The notes below the pieces were generated by a model that was given only the letters and a program-made list of their open reading frames with translations, did no database searches and had not been told where the DNA came from. From positions 17,782 through 81,781 of the forward strand of contig CAZELI010000004.1 of the NCBI GenBank assembly GCA_964512985.1: a stretch of DNA of 64,000 nucleotides, read 5' to 3'. The position numbers were made by a program, and so were the translations under genes. Positions 30,575 through 40,594 of the stretch are shown piece after piece. Source of the stretch: an uncultured Gammaproteobacteria bacterium (lineage in GTDB: Bacteria; Cyanobacteriota; Vampirovibrionia; LMEP-6097). Numbering within the stretch: the stretch's first letter is position 1; every line of letters begins with the position of its first letter.

Positions 30575-31434
30575 TAGATTAGCTCCAATTCCCTGAGGTA
30601 GGTATCGAATAATTCTAATGAAGCTTGATGATTAATGGTGAAGTCATAATTTAGATTATTGAAATATTTTACTAAGGTAGATTTAGGTAGACCAGTAGAT
30701 TTATAGGCTTCTATAATGAGATCTGGAAAATAATCATTAAGACCTTTTTGCTTTAAGTCCACAAAAAACCTGCTTAATTCTTCTCTATCAAGATTAGATT
30801 GTTTATTCAGTGCCCAGACTCCAAACACCATTGGTAGACCATAGCTTATTTCGTTCCATTCTCTGCCAAGATCAATCACCGTCTCATATTCATGAGCAGT
30901 AGAGTTTTCTATTAAGGCTTCATCTCCAATTAATAGTTTGATTTCCATATCATTGTTATTATCAATAAATGGAATAAACTCGACGAGTTCACCTCGGGAA
31001 TTATAAAAATTATTATCTCTGTAATGATAGCCGTATTTTTTTACGAGAATAATTTTTAGAAGATTCACTGAGCTAGCACTTTTATTAGTAACAAATATCT
31101 CCCGTGCCATAAATAAATTACCACTTGCACCTTTAATGAAGACTAAAACGCTGTCAGCATCTCTAATACTACTAATAGATAATCCATCAATAAGTTCGTA
31201 TTGGTTACGATTTTTTAAATACTCATAACTGGAAATCGGAGCTAAATCAAGCTCTGCATTTCTCAGTTTCTGGTTTAAATCTGCTGGAAACGAATTGATA
31301 GTTTGAATAGAGAAAGGTCTTAGTTCACAACGATTTAAAGCATAATTAATAGGTAAACAATTAACGAAACTGATCTCACCAAGGCGAAGTAGTTTAGTTG
31401 CTGATTCAGGATTATCAATGAAAACAGGCTGCAC
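30574..31434 (-). CDS. mqnA: Chorismate dehydratase, futalosine menaquinone pathway
   Basis: ISFVNCLP, ISSYEY, SASSVNL, LLIGDEAL, DLGREW..GLPMVFGVW. Confidence 0.88.
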   Translation of the reverse strand: MQPVFIDNPESATKLLRLGEISFVNCLPINYALNRCELRPFSIQTINSFPADLNQKLRNAELDLAPISSYEYLKNRNQYELIDGLSISSIRDADSVLVFIKGASGNLFMAREIFVTNKSASSVNLLKIILVKKYGYHYRDNNFYNSRGELVEFIPFIDNNNDMEIKLLIGDEALIENSTAHEYETVIDLGREWNEISYGLPMVFGVWALNKQSNLDREELSRFFVDLKQKGLNDYFPDLIIEAYKSTGLPKSTLVKYFNNLNYDFTINHQASLELFDTYLRELELI

Positions 31435-31453
31435 AAGTCAATTATAACGTAAA

Positions 31454-33259
31454 TTAATTCAGCAAACCAGCATAAGCCTGATCTTTCGCGACTAATTCAT
31501 CATGAGTACCTGCTTCAATAATGTTTCCGCCTTGTAAATAAACAATGCGATTACAAGATTTAATAGTACTAAGACGATGAGCAATAATAATTACAGTACG
31601 GTCTTGCATTAGCTTATTAATAGACTTATAGATATACTCTTGAGATTCATTGTCTAAAGCACTTGTGGGTTCGTCAAGGATAATGATAGGAGCTTTACTG
31701 ATAAAGGCTCTGGCTAGTGATATGCGCTGCTTCTGTCCTATGGATAGTTTAGAGCCTGCTTCCCCAATATTAGTATCTAATCCTTGTTCAAGCTTATCTG
31801 CAAACTCCATAACAAACGAATCTTGAGCTGCTTTAATGATGTCCTGAGCGTTTGGATTATGGGTACCCAAAGCAATATTTTCTCTGATAGTGCCAGTGAA
31901 TAATAATGGTTCTTGGGTTACTATGGCGATTTGTTTACGTAAATCATTTAGACTAAGCTCAGCAGTATTTATTCCGTCGATTAAAATTTCTCCAGAACTG
32001 ATCTCATAGAAGCGTGGGATTAAGCTCACCAGGCTGGTTTTACCGCCACCACTAGGTCCTACTAAGGCTAGGCTGGATTTAGCTGGTATCTTGAGATTTA
32101 AATTAGTGAATAACTGAGTATCTTCATATTTGAAATTTACATTTCTAAATTCTAGTTCTCCTCTTACTGGTTTAGAAAACTTAGCTGTTGCTTGGCGAGA
32201 TATCTCGTCTAACTGAGTTGGCTCGTCTAGTAATGCATAAACCCTATCTGCAACGCCCAATGCGGATTGCACTATAGTGGCTACTCGTCCAAGGCGTTTC
32301 ACTGGATCATAAAGTAAGATCGAAGTAACGAAGAAAGAAGAAAACTCACCTACAGTAAGCACACCGTCTTTCACAGAGCTCAACCCTATGAAGAGAATAG
32401 TTGAGATGCCTATGGCACCTATGACATTGGTCACAGGAGAAACAAGCGCCATAAAAAACGTCCAGCGTTTATGAAGCTTGTAAAGATTATCAGATTCGAT
32501 AGTGAATTTATCCTCTCTCCAAGACTCTAGATTAAAGGCTTTAATAATAGTTTGGTTGCGTAATGTCTCTGAAACAAAGCTACTCATAGTACCAACGTAG
32601 TCTTGTCCAAGTTTAGAATAATTGCGGATGCCCTTGCCAAGCTTGATTACAGGGATAGCGAACAAAGGAATGGTTACTAGAGAAAGTAAGGTTAGCTTTA
32701 CATCTAGAATTAATAACCAAGCGAATAAAAATAAAGCAACAATTCCTTCATTGAAAAGATTCATAATGCTTTCAGCGAGCCACGACTGTAAGCTGTTTAG
32801 ATCGCTGCTTATTACCGAGATAAGAGAACCTGAATCGAATTTTCTTTGTCTTGATAAAGAAAGTAAACTAAGGTGATTATGAAATTCTTCTCTCAGTTTT
32901 TTGACTACTAATAAACCAAGCTTGCGAGAGTTGTATTGAAAGAAGAATTTCAGCACGGCTTCTATCGCAAAGACTGCAACTATCGCTAAGGGTAATACTA
33001 TATGTAAATTACTAGAATCTAGATTAGTGAGACTTGAATTAGCTAGCCATGCAGGTATATAAGGCTCTACTTGTTTAGGAATAACACTAAAGGTCTTAAA
33101 ACCATGCTCCAGAGCGGTAATTCCGTCTACTGCAATCTTAACGAACCAAGAAGGCAACACACTAGCTAGTCCGCTAAAGAGCATGCAAAACAGAGTAAAG
33201 AAAAATAAGCCTTGAAAAGGCTTGGCTGTATTGATTAATTTCTTCGTAGTAGGATTCAT
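31454..33259 (-). CDS. MsbA-like ABC exporter, permease plus ATPase
   Basis: N-terminal TM domain; GPSGGGKT; LSIGQKQR; LDEPTSALD; IAHRLST. Confidence 0.92.
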   Translation of the reverse strand: MNPTTKKLINTAKPFQGLFFFTLFCMLFSGLASVLPSWFVKIAVDGITALEHGFKTFSVIPKQVEPYIPAWLANSSLTNLDSSNLHIVLPLAIVAVFAIEAVLKFFFQYNSRKLGLLVVKKLREEFHNHLSLLSLSRQRKFDSGSLISVISSDLNSLQSWLAESIMNLFNEGIVALFLFAWLLILDVKLTLLSLVTIPLFAIPVIKLGKGIRNYSKLGQDYVGTMSSFVSETLRNQTIIKAFNLESWREDKFTIESDNLYKLHKRWTFFMALVSPVTNVIGAIGISTILFIGLSSVKDGVLTVGEFSSFFVTSILLYDPVKRLGRVATIVQSALGVADRVYALLDEPTQLDEISRQATAKFSKPVRGELEFRNVNFKYEDTQLFTNLNLKIPAKSSLALVGPSGGGKTSLVSLIPRFYEISSGEILIDGINTAELSLNDLRKQIAIVTQEPLLFTGTIRENIALGTHNPNAQDIIKAAQDSFVMEFADKLEQGLDTNIGEAGSKLSIGQKQRISLARAFISKAPIIILDEPTSALDNESQEYIYKSINKLMQDRTVIIIAHRLSTIKSCNRIVYLQGGNIIEAGTHDELVAKDQAYAGLLN

Positions 33260-33468
33260 ATTACAAGAACAGGGTTTATTGTAGCTTATTTATATAATTC
33301 GGTATTACTGGTTTGTTCTGAAAAATCATAATAGCTATTCATCATTTTTATTAAAGTAAGAATCAGAGAATTAGGTAAAAATTAGGCAGCATGAATGTCA
33401 CAAGTAGTATAATTATTTAGAAAATATTAAGACAAATGACTGAAAAATAACTGATAAATAAATCAAAA

Positions 33469-34086
33469 ATGAACACTGTTGAACTAAAAACTGAGAAGTC
33501 CAAACAAACTAGAGCAAAAATTCTTAAGATAGCTAAGGATGTTTTTGCAAATAAGGGGTTTAATCACACAACGGTTAAAGATGTCACCCATGCTGCTGGT
33601 TTAGGCTATGGAACTTTTTATTTATATTTTAAAGACAAGAAAGATGTTTTCTATGCCTTAGTTGAGCAAGTAGAAGATGATCTTTATACAGCTTCTAAGG
33701 ATGGAAGTGATTTAGATGTGGATTACGCTAGAGGTCTGAGTTCGTATCGTGCACTGCGGAAGGATTTGAAAGCTATCTTTCAGAGCTTCAGAAATCATTC
33801 TAGTATTTTGAAGTTTAGTAAGGAGCTTGCTGTCTTGGATCCAGCATTTGGTAAGCGTTATGAAGCAATGAGAGCTAGGCTTATTCAACGCACTAAACAA
33901 ATTCTTGAGAAGAGTACTTTAGACAATGTTGACTATAATGTAGCAGCCATCGCTATTGCAGGTATGATTGAATCTGTTGCTAATGAATGGAATAATCATG
34001 ACAGCTCATCCAGCCTTAAGAGCGATGCAGACATCGACGCAATTCTACCGACAGTAACTAAACTTTATTTTAAAGCAGTATCATAA
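33469..34086 (+). CDS. TetR family regulator
   Basis: FANKGFNHTTVKDVTHAAGLGYGTFYLYFKDK. Confidence 0.93.
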   Translation: MNTVELKTEKSKQTRAKILKIAKDVFANKGFNHTTVKDVTHAAGLGYGTFYLYFKDKKDVFYALVEQVEDDLYTASKDGSDLDVDYARGLSSYRALRKDLKAIFQSFRNHSSILKFSKELAVLDPAFGKRYEAMRARLIQRTKQILEKSTLDNVDYNVAAIAIAGMIESVANEWNNHDSSSSLKSDADIDAILPTVTKLYFKAVS

Positions 34087-34093
34087 GAATTAT

Positions 34094-34242
34094 TTCTAAA
34101 TCTCTTTTTATATTGTATGGTTCCGCGCCTTCGGCGCGGTTTGTCCTGCGGACGGCTAATTTTTATCTTCATTATAAGCCGCGCGCAGCGCAACCGCCGC
34201 GAAGCGGCGGAACCCATAATCTATCCTCGTTAGAGATTTTAA
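34094..34242 (-). repeat. Repeat family B copy 2, inverted
   Basis: Reverse complement of the 17901 and 35537 elements. Confidence 0.9.
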
Positions 34243-34271
34243 GTAAAAATATAAGTTAAGTAATTGCGTTT

Positions 34272-35435
34272 CTAAACAAGCTCAACTATAGTCGCAATCC
34301 CTTGTCCAAAGCCAATACACATAGAAAGTAGTCCACGTTTTTTGCCGCGTCTTTCTAGCTCATTGACTAGGGTTGTAAGAATTCTTGCACCAGAACAACC
34401 TAATGGATGACCTAGAGCAATAGCACCACCATTAACGTTAAGCTTGTCCATTGGTATATTAAGTTCTTTTACAGCTGCAAGTACTACTGAAGCAAAGGCT
34501 TCATTGATCTCTACTAGATCAATGTCATTCATAGTCATACCCGTAAGCTCTAGAACTTTCTTGATAGAAGGAATAGGTCCAGTGAGTTGTATCTCTGGAT
34601 CAGTTCCGCAAACATAAGTTCTAATAATTTTAGCTCTTGCTTTGAGATTATACTTCTGTAGAGCTTTCTTGCTAGCTACTATTACTGCAGCAGCTCCGTC
34701 AGTGATTTGAGAAGCGCTCGCTGCTGTAACTACACCACCATCTTTAAACGGCGTTGGTAGAGTTGACATCTTAGCCTTATCGATTTGTCCGCGTATACCT
34801 TCATCCTTATCTACTAAACCGAAACTCGGTGTCTGTACTGGAATGATTTCATTCTTGAAGTAGCCTTTCTCTTGCGCTGCGAAGGCTTTCTTGTGAGATT
34901 CGATACTAAAATCATCAAGCTCATCTCTAGTAAATCCCCATTTCTCTGCAATCATCTCTGCTGATTGACCCATAGACTTAACTGAATATTTTTTTAAATA
35001 ATTTTCTGAGAGTGTAGTGCCTTGATTTGGTGACATAGGTAATGGCAAACCATCTATGCCCATTGGCACTCTGCTCATATGCTCTACACCACCAGCAATA
35101 ATCAGATCATAATCACCTGCACGAATTGCCTGCGAAGCGAACTCAATAGATTGCATACCTGAGCTGCACATTCTATTGATTTGCACACCTGGAACAGATT
35201 CATCTAATGCCATTAAAGCAATTAATCTTGCGATGTTCATGCCTTGCTCTCCTACTGGAGTAACGCAACCATAAATTAAATCTTCAACAACTTTCGGGTC
35301 TAATTTATTTCTTTCTATAAGAGCTTTAACTGGAACCGCTCCTAAATCTACTGGATGGATTTCTGATAGTGAGCAACCCATCTTGCCTCTACCCATAGGC
35401 GTTCTTACTAAATCAACAATATATGCTTCTGACAT
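34272..35435 (-). CDS. Acetyl-CoA acyltransferase (thiolase)
   Basis: NRMCSSG, NEAFA, GAIALGHPLG, MCIGFG. Confidence 0.96.
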   Translation of the reverse strand: MSEAYIVDLVRTPMGRGKMGCSLSEIHPVDLGAVPVKALIERNKLDPKVVEDLIYGCVTPVGEQGMNIARLIALMALDESVPGVQINRMCSSGMQSIEFASQAIRAGDYDLIIAGGVEHMSRVPMGIDGLPLPMSPNQGTTLSENYLKKYSVKSMGQSAEMIAEKWGFTRDELDDFSIESHKKAFAAQEKGYFKNEIIPVQTPSFGLVDKDEGIRGQIDKAKMSTLPTPFKDGGVVTAASASQITDGAAAVIVASKKALQKYNLKARAKIIRTYVCGTDPEIQLTGPIPSIKKVLELTGMTMNDIDLVEINEAFASVVLAAVKELNIPMDKLNVNGGAIALGHPLGCSGARILTTLVNELERRGKKRGLLSMCIGFGQGIATIVELV

Positions 35436-35536
35436 ATTGTTTATATACCCGCGCGCATAGCCAGGCAATAACTAATGTTTAACCTAATAGCATCAAGAGT
35501 ATTATCTGCATGAGATTGTTAATGAACTAGTAATTT

Positions 35537-35672
35537 TAAAATCCTTCAAACCAGGTTGGGGTCAGTTCCGCCGCTGCGCGGCGGTTGCGCTGCGCGCGGC
35601 TTAATAAAGTTTATCAGCCGTCCGCAGGACAACCGCGCCGAAGGCGCGGAACCATAAATAATGAGATTTAGA
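35537..35672 (+). repeat. Repeat family B copy 3
   Basis: AAAATCCTTCAAACCAGG...GTCCGCAGGAC...GCGCCGAAGGCGC...GAGATTTAGA. Confidence 0.9.
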
Positions 35673-35744
35673 ATTAAAGTATTATTTGATAAGTATCTAA
35701 TTAATAATATTATGACCAACTTCAAGGGTATAATTTTAGTAACT

Positions 35745-36275
35745 ATGACATCAGAATCAATAGAAGAAGAAATGAAAATAATGACTGAGGATACTCTCAA
35801 TAGCGGTAATATAGCTGCTGGTATTGATATAGAAGATCCTATTAGAGTTCTTCAATTAGATCATGTGATTTCTGTTAAAACTGGCACATTACTTGCAGAC
35901 GTTGTTAAAACTTTAAATAGCAATCATATTGGTTGTGTAACTATAGTAGATAACTCTGGAGCTACAGTGGGTATTTTTACTGAGAGAGATATACTCAGAA
36001 AAATTATTGGTAAGAACTTAGATCTAAGTAAAGAAACAGTTGATACTTATATGACCCCTAATCCAGAAGTGCTTTCAGAAAACGATCCTATTGCATTTGC
36101 TCTGAATCGTATGTCTGGTGGTGGTTTTAGACATATACCTATCAGCAGAAATAACGAAGTGAAATTTATGCTTTCTATTAAAGACATCGTTGATCAAATT
36201 GCAATTACTTATCGTAAGAAAGTTCTGAACCTGCCGCCAGATCTGAAACAACAAACGTCGCAATATGGCGGATAG
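35745..36275 (+). CDS. CBS-domain protein
   Basis: GIFTERDIL, YMTPNPE, GFRHIPI. Confidence 0.9.
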   Translation: MTSESIEEEMKIMTEDTLNSGNIAAGIDIEDPIRVLQLDHVISVKTGTLLADVVKTLNSNHIGCVTIVDNSGATVGIFTERDILRKIIGKNLDLSKETVDTYMTPNPEVLSENDPIAFALNRMSGGGFRHIPISRNNEVKFMLSIKDIVDQIAITYRKKVLNLPPDLKQQTSQYGG

Positions 36276-36279
36276 TTTC

Positions 36280-36388
36280 GTCATCCTGAGGAGCAACCGT
36301 AGGTTGCGACGTAAGGATCCACTACTACGAATAGTCTATTAATAAGAGTGGATCCTTACGGTCGGGCTTCGCCCTCCCTCAGGATGAC
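36280..36388. repeat. Repeat family A copy 3
   Basis: Arms are those of copy 1 inverted; spacer nearly identical to copy 2. Confidence 0.92.
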
Positions 36389-36407
36389 GAATTTGATTGC
36401 TCGATTA

Positions 36408-38309
36408 TTATAACGGTCTTTTAAACACTATATCCCCAATTTTTAATTCCGCTTTATCCCAATTGTTGACGGGTTTTGGAGTCCAGGTTTTGGAAGCAAG
36501 GCTGTTGGATTTTTGGATATTACATTCTTGGCAGCAAGCATATAAATTACGGGTGTCTTTGTTTAATTCAGGAAACTTAGAGGCTGGTAAGTGATGATCG
36601 TAGCTTGCTAAATGGCTATTTAATAAAGCAGGGTCAGAACACTTACTTAGAGCTTGTTTCACAGTATTAGGATGCAATAATAATTTGCCGCAATAAACAC
36701 AAGTGTAATGATCTTTCTGCCAGATTTCTTCTAACTGTTGTAGATTAGGTTTGGATTGAGGTCTAGAACTAAGAGTTTTATTCGCTTTAACTTTGAAATT
36801 AGTTTCTAATAGTTCTCGTTTAAGTATGTCTTGTCCTAAGCTATGTAAGAAGGCTAGATAGCTCTCCTTAAGCCAGTTCTCACCGATAAAGTCCCCTCTG
36901 ATAATTACTGATTGTTCGTTAGATTCTGGATCATTAATGACAATCTCGAAATTAGTTTTATTGCCAAGAGAGTTGATTATAGTTTTCAATCCCTTCGTTA
37001 AAGTGATAGAAATATCGACAGAGCCAAACCTAGAAATAAATTTCCTCGCGTCTGCGCTTAGTCTATCTTCTGGTGATGAATAAACAAAGTCATCACGATA
37101 GCTTTTTCGAGGTTCTAGATCGTTGAAGTTTTCATCTACTAGTTCCATCGCGACCTCTTCTTGAACGGTTTTTAGGATGCTCGATTTAAAATTTAGGTCG
37201 TTTTTATTGGCACGTAAGTAATGTTCACTGTTACTGATTAAAGCACTATTGAAACTACTATCGGCTAAGCTAGTTTGACTTAGCTCATAATCTTTCATGC
37301 TAGGTTGGAATGATTTATTAGATTGATAATGACTGTCAGAGAGTGCTTTGGCTACCGCATCACCTACAAGAGTATATATTTTATTGGTTTCGTGATATTT
37401 TACTTCCTGTTTATTAGGATGAACATTTACATCCACATCTTCCTTAGGTAATTCTAGATGTATTACAGCGATGGGGTATTTTCCAGTACCTAGTATATCC
37501 TTGTAGACCGCTTCTACAGCGGAACGAAGGATGTAACACTTGAGGATGCGATTGTTTACTATAGTGAATATTCCGCGTTTGTCAGAGCGGAAGACGTAAG
37601 CCTTACTACTATAGCCAGTAACTTTAAGAGGTCCTCTTGAAAGACTAACTTCTACTAATCCATCACAGATCTCATCAGAGAAGATCTCCGCTAAGACTGT
37701 TTTAATATTATTACTCCCAGAAGTTTTAAGGTTGGATTTGTGATCTATAGTTAAGCTGAAAGCCACTGCTGGATTAGCAATAGCTAAAGATCTTACTGTA
37801 TCGATAATATTAGTACGTTCTTTATTATTAGATTTAAGAAACTTAAGTCTGGCAGGTGTATTGAAGAAAAGATCATCTATAACTATATTGGTACCATTAC
37901 TAGCACCTGTCATAGTGATATCTTCTTTACCGTTTTCTATATAAATTTTAGTTGCGTGCTTATCTTCTTTTCTTTTACTAATACAAGTTAGTTTAGATAC
38001 GGCTGCAATACTAGCGAGCGCTTCACCGCGAAAGCCATTAGTCATTAAGGCATGTAAATCTTCTATAGTGGAGATCTTACTAGTGGCATGACGTTTAAAA
38101 GCCAGAGATAATTCATCAGGAGAGATACCAGAACCATTATCTACAACTTGGATCTTAAGTAATTGCTTAGAAACATCTATGTCTATCTTGCTAGCTTGGG
38201 CATCTATGCTATTCTCTACTAATTCTTTAATGATCGAACTAGGGCCTTCTACGACTTCACCTGCAGCGATTTGATTAGCGATATGTTCAGGCAATACTAT
38301 AATTGGCAC
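36408..38309 (-). CDS. mutL: MutL GHKL ATPase fused to a C-terminal HNH nuclease domain
   Basis: IAAGEVV, KELVENSIDA, RHATSKI, GFRGEALASI, DVNVHPNK.EV; C-terminal CVYC...DHHLP...NLYACCQECNIQK; GTG start. Confidence 0.92.
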   Translation of the reverse strand: MPIIVLPEHIANQIAAGEVVEGPSSIIKELVENSIDAQASKIDIDVSKQLLKIQVVDNGSGISPDELSLAFKRHATSKISTIEDLHALMTNGFRGEALASIAAVSKLTCISKRKEDKHATKIYIENGKEDITMTGASNGTNIVIDDLFFNTPARLKFLKSNNKERTNIIDTVRSLAIANPAVAFSLTIDHKSNLKTSGSNNIKTVLAEIFSDEICDGLVEVSLSRGPLKVTGYSSKAYVFRSDKRGIFTIVNNRILKCYILRSAVEAVYKDILGTGKYPIAVIHLELPKEDVDVNVHPNKQEVKYHETNKIYTLVGDAVAKALSDSHYQSNKSFQPSMKDYELSQTSLADSSFNSALISNSEHYLRANKNDLNFKSSILKTVQEEVAMELVDENFNDLEPRKSYRDDFVYSSPEDRLSADARKFISRFGSVDISITLTKGLKTIINSLGNKTNFEIVINDPESNEQSVIIRGDFIGENWLKESYLAFLHSLGQDILKRELLETNFKVKANKTLSSRPQSKPNLQQLEEIWQKDHYTCVYCGKLLLHPNTVKQALSKCSDPALLNSHLASYDHHLPASKFPELNKDTRNLYACCQECNIQKSNSLASKTWTPKPVNNWDKAELKIGDIVFKRPL

Positions 38310-38334
38310 AATATTAATTTTAGCGTAAATGCAC

Positions 38335-38447
38335 GTCATCCTGAGGAGCCTACGAAGTAGGCGACGTCAGGATCCACTTCTCATAAAGTTACTTTCAATA
38401 AATAGTGGATCCTTACGTCGCAACCTACGGTTGCTCCTCAGGATGAC
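38335..38447. repeat. Repeat family A copy 4, between divergent mutL and uvrB
   Basis: GTCATCCTGAG...CTCAGGATGAC. Confidence 0.92.
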
Positions 38448-38482
38448 GGGATTTGAATACTCTGCTTGCTATAATTTCTATA

Positions 38483-40576
38483 GTGCCTAATATAGAGACC
38501 AAACATCAGTTCAAAGTTACTAGTAAGTTTAAACCTGCTGGCGAGCAGCCGCATGCAATAGCAGAGATCTCTGAGAGAATAGATCAAGGTGTAAATAAAC
38601 AAATTTTGTTAGGAATCACTGGATCAGGTAAAACTTTTACGGTGGCTAATATTATAGAGAAAACTCAGAAACCAGCACTGGTATTGGCTCATAACAAAAC
38701 TCTAGCTGGACAGCTTTGTAATGAGTTTAAAGAGTTTTTCCCAGAGAATAAGGTAGAGTATTTTATTAGTTATTATGATTATTATCAACCAGAGAGCTAT
38801 ATCCCACACTCTGACACATATATAGAGAAGACAGCGAAGGTTAATGATGATATAGATAGATTGCGCTATTCCACGACTAGAGCGATTTTTGAGCGTAATG
38901 ATGTGATAGTAGTAGCTTCTGTGAGTTGCATTTATGGTCTAGGTATTCCAGAGCTATATTATGAATCGGCTATTAGTTTAGAGATAGGCATGGAAATAGA
39001 TCTCAAGCGCTTCTTAGATAAATTAGTAGCAGTTCAATATAGGCGTAATGATATTCAGTTAGCGCGTGGTTTATTTAGGGTCCGAGGCGAGATAGTAGAA
39101 ATTCACCAACCTGATGAAGAAAGGATCTTACGTATAGAATTCTTTGGTGATGAGATAGAAAGGTTATCTCATCTGGATCCTCTGACAGGTGAGATTCTTG
39201 AAACTCTGGATAGCGTAAAGGTCTTTCCTGCTAAGCATTATGTCACTGATGAAGAGACCTTAGAGAAAGCGATTGAGCAGATCGAGAAAGAATTGCATGA
39301 ACGATTAAACGAATTGAAAAAATATGGTAAGGATGTAGAGGCTCAAAGATTATTACAAAGAACTAAATATGATATCGAGATGATGCGTGAAGTCGGTTAT
39401 TGTACGGGCATTGAAAACTATTCCAGAATATTAGAGAATAGGGCTCCAGGCACTGCGCCGCAGGTGCTAATCGATTATATGAACCGTCGTTATGGTGAGG
39501 ATGGTTGGACTTGTTTTATAGATGAATCACATATGACCTTACCTCAGTTAAGAGCTATGTATCATGGGGATTTTAGTCGTAAGTCAGTATTAGTAGATTA
39601 TGGATTCCGTTTACCATGCGCTATAGACAATAGACCGCTTAAATATGATGAGTTTAGTGCGCGAGTTAAGAATATTGTTTACATCTCTGCTACACCTGGT
39701 AATGAAGAATTAGAAGCTTGCCCTAATCCAACAGAATTAATCATTCGTCCGACTGGACTCTTAGATCCAGTGTTAGAGATAGTTCCGACTACAGGACAAA
39801 TAGACCGCTTAATGGAAGAGATTAATCTTAATATTAATAAGAAATTGAATCTTGAACAATGTGACATAGATCCAGGTACCTATTACCCTAAAAATGAAAA
39901 AGTTATTGTTAATACTTTGACTAAAAAAATGGCAGAAGATTTAAGTGAGTATTTGTTCGAGCATGATATTAAAGCTAGATACTTACATAGTGAAATTAAA
40001 TCCTTAGAGAGAATGAAGATACTTAATGATCTACGAAAGGATGAATATGATGTACTTGTGGGTGTTAATCTTCTCAGGGAAGGTATTGATCTTCCAGAGG
40101 TATCCTTGGTTTGCATTATGGATGCTGATAAAGAGGGCTTCTTAAGAAATCATCGTACTTTAATTCAGATGATTGGTCGTGCAGCGCGTAACGTCAATGC
40201 TAGGGTATTGCTGTTCGCTGATAGGATCACAGATAGCATGGCTAAAGCAATAGATGAAACTAATAGACGAAGAGAATTGCAAATTCAATACAACTTAGAG
40301 CATGATATCACTCCTAAGACTATTCTTAAGTCGGTTTCTAATCCACTTCTGGAGGCTTTTGATAAACTTGATGAAGAAGAGAGAGTAGCAGCTGATGCGT
40401 TAATGCAAAGCATCTCTAATAAACCTATTGGACAAATGTCTAAGAAAGATTTAATTCGTGCGATTGATCGTATGGAAGAAGAGATGCATAATTCTGCTAA
40501 GCTTTTAGACTTTGAGAATGCTGCTAAATATAGAGATCAATTAAGATCATTGCGTGAAAAGTTAGAGGAGAAATGA
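38483..40576 (+). CDS. uvrB: Excinuclease ABC subunit B
   Basis: GITGSGKT, YYDYYQPE, DESH, NLLREG, QMIGRAAR, C-terminal UVR domain. Confidence 0.98.
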   Translation: MPNIETKHQFKVTSKFKPAGEQPHAIAEISERIDQGVNKQILLGITGSGKTFTVANIIEKTQKPALVLAHNKTLAGQLCNEFKEFFPENKVEYFISYYDYYQPESYIPHSDTYIEKTAKVNDDIDRLRYSTTRAIFERNDVIVVASVSCIYGLGIPELYYESAISLEIGMEIDLKRFLDKLVAVQYRRNDIQLARGLFRVRGEIVEIHQPDEERILRIEFFGDEIERLSHLDPLTGEILETLDSVKVFPAKHYVTDEETLEKAIEQIEKELHERLNELKKYGKDVEAQRLLQRTKYDIEMMREVGYCTGIENYSRILENRAPGTAPQVLIDYMNRRYGEDGWTCFIDESHMTLPQLRAMYHGDFSRKSVLVDYGFRLPCAIDNRPLKYDEFSARVKNIVYISATPGNEELEACPNPTELIIRPTGLLDPVLEIVPTTGQIDRLMEEINLNINKKLNLEQCDIDPGTYYPKNEKVIVNTLTKKMAEDLSEYLFEHDIKARYLHSEIKSLERMKILNDLRKDEYDVLVGVNLLREGIDLPEVSLVCIMDADKEGFLRNHRTLIQMIGRAARNVNARVLLFADRITDSMAKAIDETNRRRELQIQYNLEHDITPKTILKSVSNPLLEAFDKLDEEERVAADALMQSISNKPIGQMSKKDLIRAIDRMEEEMHNSAKLLDFENAAKYRDQLRSLREKLEEK

Positions 40577-40594
40577 AATTTTATTCTCAAGAGC

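Noticed and set aside
35546-35800. 84-aa minus-strand ORF and the N-terminal extension of the CBS ORF
   Set aside because: The 84-aa ORF reads through repeat B and antisense to the CBS gene; the extension precedes the probable start at 35745
38310-38482. ORF-track starts for mutL (38339) and uvrB (38453)
   Set aside because: They begin in or next to repeat A; the GTG starts at 38309 and 38483 fit homolog N-termini and the -10 spacing
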